Assembly: GCF_008831285.2 (NCBI RefSeq)
Contig: NC_045138.2
Coordinates: forward strand, 11,656,001 to 11,720,000
Direction: 5' to 3'
DNA: 64,000 nt
DNA from: Nymphaea colorata
Lineage: Eukaryota
How positions within the stretch are numbered: position 1 is the stretch's first letter; the number at the start of each line of letters is the position of its first letter. Position numbers and translations under genes: made by a program. Under the pieces are notes generated by a model. That model was not told the DNA's origin. It saw nothing but the letters and a program-made list of their open reading frames with translations, and did not search any database. This document shows positions 39,501 through 51,500 of this stretch, piece by piece.

Positions 39501-42500
39501 AAGTTTACTAATGCAGAGCAATGAAACTAGGCTATGTAACACTAAAAGAACCATAAGATGCAAATTGTAACATGGAAAAGATTGCTCAGATTAAATAGAA
39601 ATGGTTTAAATTACACGATAAGTTGTCCAGTTCCCTTCAATGATAACTTGAATTTCTGCCCCATGCCATTTTTCCCTGTTATCCAGCTTTTCATGTGCAT
39701 GAACATGAGGAACATTCCTGAAGAAATTAGTAAAAGCATGGTCTTTCAACTTCTAGTTTGCAGGTAATAATGAAAAAGCCAAAATATTGAAAGCATTCAA
39801 GCCAGAAGAGAGTGAAAACATAAAGTAGCTGAAAAGGTTGATACACACCGATGAATATCTATATCCAGCCTGCAAAAAGAAACATAATTTTGACCCTTCA
39901 ATGATGAGCGAATCTCAATTGGAAGCCCCGTACTCATTTTGGACCAAATTAATGCCTGCATAAGTAACCATATTACCCAACCATTTCAAGCCGCAGCTTG
40001 CAGTTTTCAAGCACATGGAAATTTTAGATATCTAAACCATGTATAGGAGAAATTGGAAAAGATAATAATGTAGCAAACTGGGACCCTGAATAGCTATTAG
40101 ATACTCATGTGACCACAGAGGTATGTCTGCAAGAACAGAGAAACACATACACACAGACATAGACAAATATAAACATGTAATGGAACCAAATTGCAAATAA
40201 CTTATCTGGGTGAGAACAAAATTCATTAGGAAACTAAAAAAGCTTAAATGTGTGAAATTGCAAAGAAGCATTTTACCAGTTTGGCTCTTTGACATCATGA
40301 TAAACTGTCAACAAATAATTGCAAAGAAAATATTTTTCACCAACATCTACTCAACCGAAGCCCATAAACCAAAATGTTTATCAAGGAGCTTCAAAGGTCA
40401 GTTACTTGAGGACACCAACATGGAAGCATGAGAAGTACTCTAAAGAATTTAAAATCAACGTGGAAGAAGATCTTTCCTTAGATGTTAAGGGACCAGTCGA
40501 ATGGCAAGTTTTCAGTGATCTCCACTGCTTCATTTGGAGTGACTGTCAATATGATGTTTGAGCTTTCAGAGTGTCGATGCCTTTTAGGGCTTCAGAAACC
40601 CTTGAGATGTCTTGGACCCATGTCCATGTTTTAAGAAGCATTTAACTTCTAGTGTTCATTTTCAAAAATGTGTCAAAAATAGACAAACGTCCCATTTTGT
40701 ACTCAGAGCCCAACCCATTCAAAATCTGTCGAACAAGTTCACCATCACTGACAGCGGACCCAACATTTGCAAGTTGGTCTCTAACGGTCTTCATATTATT
40801 TAGATACTATATGATAAACATAAAATCCTTCCTCAACATCTGAAATTCTCTTTTGAAGAAGAGAATCCTGGCCTATGAAATCTATGAATATGTTTACGGT
40901 AATTTCTCCCAAAGTTCTACAGAAGAGCAGCCATCAGGAATGTCTATAAGTACCATCTACCACAAGGTGGGTGTGAACGCCGTGACGTAGGAAACCATTG
41001 ATTGGTCCTTCTTCCAAGCAAGATACTCTAGATTCTTGGCCTATAGCCACTTGGAGCCCCTTCTTCTCTAGCAATTCAAGCTGGGCTAGATGCACCAAAA
41101 GTCACCCTTTGTCATCAAAGAACAAACTCTAATGGAGCCAGTGTGCTTCTGTCTAGGCGCTGAGGAGACCCTAACTCTCTATAAAAGGAATAATCTATTT
41201 TTTCCATGTCAAGAAATTCATCCTATTCAGTTTTTCATATATAAGTAAACTGAGAAAATTGGAGATTCCAAAATGAAGTGTTGGAAAATCCATTTCAGAA
41301 TGCAAGAGGAACTAGAATATGACAAGGAAAAGAAAAGAAACCAAAGAACCTTGAATGCAAATAAATATGAATTCAAACAATACTCAAGCAGAGATGAAGA
41401 ATTGCTCAATTAGTTAATACTCTAGGCAGTCAATAAAAAGACAGCAACAATAGGTTAATCTTCCCCTTCCTTTCTTTTGCCCTTTCTTTTGGAAGAGTCG
41501 ATATGATGACAAACTTGGCTGAGATTAAGTTGAAGCAGTCAATCAGGCCAAACTCCAGATATTATGCTATAGAACACTAGATTTGATTTGATTTTCTTGA
41601 AAAAATTAATCAATTACTAATGACTTTCATCAGTAGACAGACAAAAAAAAAGTACAAATGCTTTTTCAGGTCATAACCACGAGGTATTCTAGCCTAAACA
41701 ACCAAGGTTTTATAGAGTTTGCAAACTGTGCCAAACTTATAATTTCCTTCGAGCTCGACTGAAATCAGATTTGCACGTAAGGAAAGAAGAAGCAAGATGA
41801 GTGGTGACAGACAAAGCCAATGGCAGAAGATGAGGAAAGAAGGTGGAATGATGGAAATAAAGGACGCCTTTCAGATTTCCATTTTTTGGCAGATTGGAGA
41901 TTTCAGGAATACAATAAGGACGTTCAGATTTCACTTTTCAGAGAGCAGAATAATAATCAAGGCTTCAGATTTCAGACTTCTGAAATTTTTAGGGTTTCAC
42001 AACTGACATCTTTCAAGATTGGAAAGATTTACTCAATGAAATAAGAAGCAGAGAAAAACAGCACGATAGGCAGAAATAAGAAAATCAGAAAGAAGGAAGA
42101 GATATTAATAAAACTGGAGAAGAGAGAAAGGATACCAGAAAATCCGGACTTGCAGCAGACAAGAGGTCTCCAAGGTCATTCCTTCGAGCAAGTTGTCCCA
42201 GATCTAACACCTCTTTAATACCATGTTAGAAATTCAAATCGAAATTCATCCATGTCAAAAAGAGAAGATGACAAAGATGATGGAGGATTCTTTGAACAGT
42301 ATGATGGTAGCCTCAATCAGTTTAGCCTGTTTAGGTGTGTCCTAATCTTTATTATGTCCTTAACTTGTACATGACATAAGACTAAATAGATAAGCAACAA
42401 AATAACAAGTCTGCACCTTGTTACATGCACAATAAATGTAATGATCCGACCCTATCCAACACACTCGGGCTCCTGGTTTGGCAGATCCCAGCCTGCCCCC

Positions 42501-45500
42501 TAACAGCTTCAGTTCAAACCCCAAAAAGGCTAAGAAAGCCAACCCTTTTATAACTCATATGTCCCTAGATTTCTCATAACCTTGGACATGGAACAAAACT
42601 TTTCAATGGGGTGTTACAATAATACAACATAAGTAAATCCAGTCCAATGCACAGACATGACCCAACCTTTTTCTCTTTACAAATAACATCTTTTCAGCTA
42701 TGTCACCTGAGTGCGGGGTGCCAGTGCGGGTGCGGCTGCGGGTGCCGGCGCGGCACATCTCATAAAATTTAGGTGCGGCGGTGCGGGAAGAGTATTTTAT
42801 ATTAATTTATTATTATTATTATTGTTAGAATATGTTGTTGTGGGAACCGGGTCCATATCTGGACCCGGTTCTATGGGGTGCGGGTACCGAGGCGGGCTCG
42901 GTACCCTAGGCGGCTTCTCCTCTCTCCCTCTATATATTGTCACTTATGTGTAAGTGTTGAATTAAGTGGAATAACATTTTCTCTCTCCTAGGGTTGCGGT
43001 TGTGCACCTAGGTTAGGCTTCTCCGTGGTTTTTCACCTCTCCTTGAGGTTTTCTACGTATATTGTGTGTTCCTTCTCTTTCTCTCCATCTTGGTGTGTGT
43101 TTCTACATGGTATCAGAGCCAACGCGTGAGAGATCGTTGGTGTGATAGTTGTGTTTCTGCCGTTTTTTTGCCGCTGCTGTTTCTGCCGGTTTTTTTTTCT
43201 CTGCCTCTGCTGCGCCGCCGCCGTACAGCGCTGCCAGCTGCGCCGCCATCGTCCGGCGTGGGTGTTCTCTGCTGCGTTGCCGCTGTCCATCACTGCCGTC
43301 GCCCACTTCAGCGCCGCCGCCGTCCCGCGTCACCGCTGCCCATCGCCGTCGCCGTCCATCGTTTTCCCGCAGCCCAGGAACGTCGCCGCCTGCCTTCCGT
43401 AGCCGCTGCCTCATTCCCGTCGCCTCTGCCTAGTTCTCGCCGTTGTGCCTCTTGTTGCTGTGTGCGTGTTTGTGATGGCAGACGCGATGGGGACTCAAAA
43501 AGATGCCGTTCTTGACGCGGGCAGCGCTTCCAAGACTGAGAACGTGCCGATCCAGGTCACCTCCATCCGTCTGACCAAGGACAATTACCTATCTTGGTCT
43601 GCCGCTCTCGAGATTGGGATTACTAGCCGTGGGCGTCTCTCTTACATCACTGGCGACAAACCTGCGCCCATCAAATCTGATCCTCATTGGGCAACGTGGG
43701 CGTTGGAGGACAGCCAAGTGAAGGTATGGATTATCAGCTCCGTGTCCTCCGATATCCAGCCCCTCATTCTGCGGAAGCCGACCTCTTTTGATATGTGGAC
43801 TGTGCTTGCGAAGATGTATGGTCGCAAGAAGAGACATCTGCGCACCTATCAGATTAAACGCAGTATTTACTCCCTGACACAGGGTGATTTGTCTGTTGTT
43901 GCCTTCTATGCTGCCCTGAAGACCAAATGGGAGGAGCTAGATTATCATGTGACTGATGAGTGGAAGTGCGGTTCAGATCATTCCCTCTACTGGGAAAAAG
44001 GAATGGATGGACCGTACGTTTTTGTTTCTGGGAGGCCTGCGGGATGAATTTGAGTCTATTCGTAGCCAGATTCTTAATGGTGATGAGATTCCGGGGATAG
44101 AGGAAGTATATGCCCGAGTTGAGTCTAAAGAACAACGTCGCCAGGTGATGCATCTTGACACCGGTCATGGCCCTTCTGCCTTTGTCAGCCGTGCCTCTGG
44201 GACTGGGCAGCGTCCTGCCCGGCATTGCACTCATTGCAACAAGTTGGGGCATTCGGTGGATTTCTGTTGGGATCTTCATCCCGAGAAGAGATTGGTCAGA
44301 GGTCGTCCTCCCTCTGGCAAGCGTAGCCCTTCTGTGTCTGATTCCAGTCAGAGCAATTCTTCTAGTGGTGCAAAGTCCAAGCTATCCCCTGCTCAACTCA
44401 AGGAGCTACAGGCGTACATCAACCGCCTATCTACTACCCCTGAGGAGTCCTCCACGTCTGAAGGGGCTCAGCTAGCCCAAGCCCTCGTTGCCTCGACTGA
44501 TCAAGGTAACCCTTCTCTTGGTGATTGGATTGTTGATAGTGGAGCCACTCACCACATGACAGGGGACTCTAAACTCTTTCAAGAATACCAACTTTCCTCT
44601 GGCAAGCAACGCGTGTCTATGGCAGATGGGTCTTCTATCTCTGTGGCTGGGAAAGGGAGCTTGTCCCTGTTGAACAAATACCGTCTCCACAATGCCCTGC
44701 ATGTTCCAAATATTCCTGTGAACTTACTCTCTGTCAGCAGTATTACTAAAGAATTAAACTGTAATCTGATTTTCTCTGCTGATCACTGTTCCCTGCAGGA
44801 CTTGGTGACGGGGAAGAAGATTGGGATTGGTTGGGTTACTGATGGGCTCTACAGATTGCCGGTGCAAGTTGCTTCAGCATTGATTTCTGCCACGAGTGGT
44901 CACTTGTCTGGTGTGAATGATAGATCTACTGTTCTGCGATGGCACGAGCGTCTTGGACATCTCCCATTTCAGTTAATAAAGAAGTTGTTTCCTCATTTGT
45001 TTGCTTCTGTCTCCATTGACTCCTTCGCTTGTGAAGTGTGTCAATTGGCTAAACATGTCAGGGCTTCGTACCCTATCTCATTGAATAAAACCACTCATCT
45101 GTTTGCCTTAGTTCATTCCGATGTTTGTGGTCCTTCTGGAGTACCCACGTGTGGTGGTTGTCACTATTTTTTGACGCTTATTGATGATTACTCTAGATGT
45201 ACGTTCGTGTACTTGTTGCGAGAACGTAGTCAGGTTCCAGCAGTTGTGAAAAACTTTGTTGCCTTTGTTGAGACTCAATTCCATACAACTGTTCAAGCTT
45301 TCCGTACGGATAATGCTAGGGAATATGTCTCTCAATCCCTTGATGATTTCTTGAAAGGCAAGGGTATTGTTCATGAAACCTCTTGTAGTTATACCCCTCC
45401 TCAAAATGGTATAGCTGAACGTAAAAATCGTCATCTTTTGAATGTTACCCGGGCCATTATGTTCCAACGCCATGTCCCGAAGCGGTATTGGGGTGATGCA

Positions 45501-48500
45501 CTTCTCACTAGTGCACACCTCATTAACCGCATGCCTACTAGGGTGTTGGATGGTCAGTCTCCTTATTCTACCCTGTGGCCCACTCAGAATCCGTGGCCTC
45601 TTACTCCTCGTGTCTTTGGGTGCAGTTGTTTTGTGCATAATCATAGCCCTACTCTCAAAAAACTTGATCCCCGGTCTATTAAAGGAGTTTTCTTGGGGTA
45701 CTCTTCCACTCAGAAGGGGTACAAATGTGTGGATCCCACTACTTCCAAAGTGTATGTTTCGAGGGATGTCACATTTCATGAACATGAGTCGTATTTTCCG
45801 GTGAATCCTCTTCAGGGGGAGTGTCTTGGGAACAAAGGGGAAGAGTATTCCTCTAATCAGCTGATTCAGTTTATGGAGTTTTTGGACTACAAGGTTAGTC
45901 CCAGTGTGATTGACACGGTCACTGTCAGTAATGAGAAGGGCAGTTATATGGAAGGGGTCACGGTGGATGCTCAGCCCACTGTTGCCAGGGATCACTTGTT
46001 TGGCCAGGTTTATGTCAGAAAGGAGAAAGCTACAGTGGAAGATGTTGGTGATGAGGATAGAACCAATCCTAATCCTGTGATCTCCCTGGATGACCCAAGT
46101 CCATCGAATGAAGAGCTCCCCATTGCTTTGCGCAAAGGCACCAGGTCATGTACTTCTCACCCTATTCAGAGATTTGTTTCTTATGCTAAGCTCAGTACAA
46201 ATTACAAATGTTTTATCACAACCTTATCCAAAGTTGTTATTCCCAGGTCGGTGGATGATGCTAAGGATGATCCCAAGTGGTTACATGCTATGACGGAGGA
46301 GATGGGTGCGTTAGCTAAGAACAAAACATGGGAAGTGGTTGATATCCCTAAAGGGACACACTTAGTTGGCTCTAAGTGGGTGTACAACGTGAAGTATAAA
46401 CCTGATGGCACTGTAGATCGATATAAAGCTCGTCTGGTTGCAAAGGGGTTCAGCCAGAAGTATGGGATTGACTACTTTGAGACCTTTGCCCCTGTTGCAA
46501 AGTTGAAGACCGTGAGGGTTATTCTTGCTCTTGCTGTGCACAGGAAGTGGCGCATGGACCAGCTTGATGTTAAAAATGCATTCTTGAACGGCCATCTGGA
46601 GGAAGAAGTCTATATGAGCATGCCTCCCGGGTATGTTCAAGAGGGAAAATGTTGTCACCTCAAGAAAGCTTTGTATGGCTTGAAGCAGTCGCCTAGAGCT
46701 TGGTTTGAGAGACTAAGGATCGTTATGAAGTCTACTGGGTACAAGCAAGGAAATGGAGATCATACCCTATTCATAAAGCAGAGAGATGGTCTGGTGAGTC
46801 TTCTCCTTGTCTACGTTGATGATATGATTGTCACTGGCAGTGATGAAGAAGAAAACAGAAAGATGAAGGAGAGATTAGCTAAAGAATTCGACCTCAAGGA
46901 TCTGGGTAAGCTGAGATACTTTCTGGGGATAGAGATTGCTCGATCAGAGACAGGGCTGGTTATGAATCAAAGGAAGTACACTCTTGACTTACTAAAGGAG
47001 ACAGGTAAACTTGGTTGTAGGCCCTATCTTACTCCTATGGAGTCGGGGACTAAGATAAGTATCAAGACGGGCACTATTCTGGATGAGGAAGGAAAAGGGC
47101 GATATCATAGGCTAGTCGGCAAGCTTATCTATCTTACTCTAACTCGCCCTGATATCACGTATGCGGTAAATGTGCTAAGTCAATTTATGCATGCTCCCAC
47201 GGATTGTCACTGGAAGAGTGCAGAAAGAGTGTTGGGATATCTAAAGAATGACCCAGGAAAAGGACTGTTGTATACTCGACAAGACAAACTTACTATTGAG
47301 GGCTACTCAGATGCAGATTGGGCAGGTTGCACTGACACAAGGAGGTCCACTACAGGGTATTGTATCTTTCTTGGAGGTAACCTAGTTGTTTGGAGCAGCA
47401 AGAGACAAGAAGTGTGTTCGAGGTCTAGTGCTGAGGCTGAGTACAGGGCTGTTGCAATGGGAGTTATAGAGATGCTGTGGCTGAAGATCCTTTTGACTGA
47501 TATTGGTGTGGAACTGGAAGATAAAATGAAGATGTACTGTGACAACAAGTCTGCGATTAATCTTGCCAATAATCCAGTTCTACATGACAGGACCAAACAT
47601 GTGGAGATTGACCGTCACTTTATCCGGGAACGCATTGACTCAAAGGAGCTGATTCTGCCATATATGAAGTCTGAAGATCAAGTTGCAAACGTCCTAACTA
47701 AAGGGCTTTGTACTTCTTCATTCGAAAAGAATGTTAGCAAGCTTGGCATGTTTGACATGTATGCCAAGCTTGAGGGGGAGTGTTAGAATATGTTGTTGTG
47801 GGAACCGGATCCATATCTGGACCCGGTTCTATGGGGCGCGGGTACCGAGGCGGGCTCGGTACCCTAGGCGGCTTCTCCTCTCTCCCTCTATATATTGTCA
47901 CTTATGTGTAAGTGTTGAATTAAGTGGAATAACATTTTCTCTCTCCTAGGGTTGCGGTTGTGCACCTAGGTTAGAGCTTCTCCGTGGTTTTTCACCTCTC
48001 CTTGAGGTTTTCCACGTATATTGTGTGTTCCTTCTCTTTCTCTCCATCTTGGTGTGTGTTTCTACAATTATTATTATTATTATCTTCTTTTATGGTTTTA
48101 CCTTCAAAGTTCAAAATAAAAAATTTCAAACAAATTTAAAATTAGATAGTCTGCATAACACTTTCAGTCATAAATGGACAAATGTACATGCACTTGAATA
48201 ACACAAGTACACCTTAATTTACACAACCTGATTCATATACAAAAATCAAAATTAATTCAGTTAGTCTCCACCCAGTAGTTTTGAAAGTTTGAAGACCAAG
48301 AAAAAAAACATTCCAATAAAATCAAGCTGATGTTAAGTAGCTAAAATCAGTTTCATTATTAGGGAAAACTAAAAAAACATACAAGTTCGCCATTTATTTT
48401 ATATTGTATAACAAATGACAACTAAAAGTAGTTTAATTCAGTAACAGGACATCGACAAAATTGTCTAACATATATTGCAAAGCACATCTAGGAGGAGCGA

Positions 48501-51500
48501 GGAAGACGCATGCGAGAGACAAGGGGAGAGGTCGACGCGGGTGGTTGATTTTGTTAAAAATTTAAAAAAAACCCAAAAAATTGGACGAAAATAGACTGAC
48601 TCGCATTTGACCACACCCGACTCGGGTCAAACGCGAGTCGGGTGCGAGTCGGAAAAGGACAATTTTAGCCGGGTGCGGTCAGCTGCACCCGACTCTTGTT
48701 TGACTGTTTTGGGTGCGCACCATAGGCGCACCCGCACAGCGTCGACGCGGGTGCAAGGCCGAACAAGGCGCACCCTGGTGACTTAGCTTTTCAGGTACCT
48801 CTCAAGGAAAGTGCCCTTGCTTCTTGATTCTAGTGCTTCATTTCATTGATCCCCAATATATCTCTTTTCACAAAATATGAACAAATTCAAATGGCATCTA
48901 ATGTTTTTGTTGACGGATCTTGGTGTATGGGTCCGAGTCTGGACCCGATCCAATATGTCCTAGTTAGGGCATACTTATATCATTGTAAACCCTAATCAAA
49001 AAAGGTTAATGAAGTTTTAAGAGAGAGAGAGTGTGTCTGGCGGCTAGTGGGCACTGACCTCCTCACCCATGGTTTTTTCTCCTTCTTGTTGAGGGTTTTC
49101 CACGTTACATCAGTTGTTCTTCTCGTTTTTACTATTTCAACATGGTATCAAAGCCAACCAGTTTCTGAGATCACTGTTCAGATTTGACGAATAACCCTCG
49201 ACTCTGTTTGGTGAGAGTTTTTCTGTCCCCATGGAGTTCTGGTGGACCCCGACGAAACTTACTGTGCCCGACGGCGCATCTTCCGCGAGCTTTGCCCGAG
49301 ATTGCTGCTCGCTGTCTCTGCCGGCATCAACACTTGGTGGAGTCTACGGTGGTGTCTCCTTCGCCCGACGTTGTCGCCTCTGCTAGTTCCTTCGCCGTTG
49401 ACCAGCGACCACCATCGCCCGCCACTCCATGCTCCATTGCTGTCGCCCGAGGCTCTCTTGCTGTTTGCCTTCGTCTGGAGGTACTCATCTGTCACGGAGG
49501 TTTCTGTTACTGTTCGACTCTGTTCACCGCCCGACGCACCCGACGCTCTGTCCGATATCAACGCCCAAGCCCAGCATCGCCCGACAGGTCCTCTCTGCAC
49601 CGTGAAGCTCCGGCATCACCCTCTGCATCGTCTGGCAACCTGGTTCTGCCTTGTTCTTTGTTGTCGTGTATCCGTTGCATCGCCCGCTGCCTTCATCACC
49701 CGCTGCCTTCATCGCCAGATCGCCTGCTGCTTTCATCGCCAGACCATGGCGACGCTTGCAGTAGCTCTTTGCCGCTGCCTTCTCTGTCTATCTGCCCGGT
49801 GCTCCTGCCACTCACCTGCTGCTGCTCTGGTGTCGCCTGGGTCCAGCCTGCCGTCGGTACTTCTTGCTGCCGCCGGTGCCCGTGCTGCTGTCGTGCCCTT
49901 TGTTGACGTCAGTGCTATTTTTTTTTTTTTGTTGTTTTGTTGCTGCAGCCTGGTTGTGATCATGGCAGTGTCTTCCTCTTCAACCGTCAACACTGACCAA
50001 TCTGAAATTGGGGTTTATAGAACTGAGAATGTTCCCGTTCAAGTCACTACTATTCGCCTTACCAAGGAGAACTATCTCCCATGGTCGGCTGCTATGACTA
50101 TGGGGATTGCAGGCCGCGGTCGGATTGCCTATATCAATGGGAGGAAACCTGAACCGACAGAGACAAGTGGTGTGTGGGACACTTGGTTTCTTGAGGATAA
50201 TCAAGTAAAAACTTAGATTGTCAACTCTGTTTCCGCTGATATCCAACCCCTTATTCTTTGAAAGAAGACTGCTAGAGATATGTGGGTGATTTTGGAGCAA
50301 ATGTATGGCCAGAAGAAAACAGCTATCCAAACTTACCAACTGATGAAGACTGTCTATGGAATTCGGCAAGGGAACTTATCTGTTGCAGATTATTATGGGG
50401 CTTTGAAAGCCAAGTGGGAGGATCTTGACAATTATTCTGACATTAATTGGCATTGTCCTCAAGATCAGGCACTTTATGTTGCTAAAGAGTGGGAAAATAG
50501 GGTATTCCTCTTTTTAGCTGGTTTAAATGATGAGTTTGAAGGTGTTAGAAGCTAGATTCTGAATTTAGAAGAAGTGTCCAGTATTGAAGCTGTGTATTCT
50601 TGTGTTGAAGCTGAAGAACAGAGGAGGCTGGTTACTTCTGGGGGAAAGAGAGATCTCATGTCATATAATGAGAGATCTGATCTTGTTAGTCGGGGTCCTG
50701 GAGGCACTACTAGATCTCTTCGTAGATGTACTCATTGCAAGAAGAATGGTCATACTGTGAATTTTTGTTGGGATTTTCATCCAGAGAAAAAGGGTAACAA
50801 AGGAAAGTTGTCTAATGGGAATCCACTGTGCCTGAGGAGACAAAATCTAGTGGAGGAAAGGTCTCCATTTCTGCTGAACAGCTTAGGGAACTCAGGGCCT
50901 ATTTGGGTCGGATCGATGTCAATCAGGTTGAGGCATCAGATGAGATACAGGCTAATCATGCTCTTGCCATTGTAGGGGATAAAGGTAACTCTTGTGTAGG
51001 GGAATGGATTGTGGACAGTGGTGCTACTCACCACATGACGGGTAACCCTAAATTGTTTCATGAGTATAAGTTGTCTTCTGGAAGGGAACGAGTATCTCTT
51101 GCAGATGGTTCCTCTACCTCTGTGGCCGGAGAAGGAAGTTTGTCCTTGTTGGACAAATTTCATGTGCGAGGAGCATTACATGTCCCTCAGTTTCCCTTAA
51201 ATCTCTTGTCAGTTAGTAAACTTACTAAAGAGTTGAATTGTGAACTCGTCTTTTCTGCAACTCGTTGTATTTTGCAGGACTTGGCGACAGGGAAGAGGAT
51301 TGGGATTGGTTTGGCGTCTGATGGCTTATATCGTCTTCCCATACGCGTGGCCACGGCTCTTATGACAGCGATCAGCAAGACAGAAAAGCGAAGAGAAGAT
51401 TGTCTTCAGTCCTTCTTGTATTGGCATGAACGCCTTGGGCATTTACCTTTTGGGATTTTGAAACAGTTGTTTCCCGATTTGTGTTCCACTCTGAATTTGT

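Larger units (their letters stand above)
42698..48786 (-). mobile_element. Non-autonomous hAT derivative (about 840 bp) split by Copia-B
   Basis: TIR CTATGTCACC/GGTGACTTAG; perfect 8-bp TSD CTTTTCAG; 48070-48786 is the reverse complement of parts of 58566-59980. Confidence 0.92.

Noticed and set aside
45108..45995. 295-aa antisense ORF in Copia-B (and 189-193 aa ones in A and C)
   Set aside because: Shadow ORFs of the pol frame; boundaries are not shared between the three elements.
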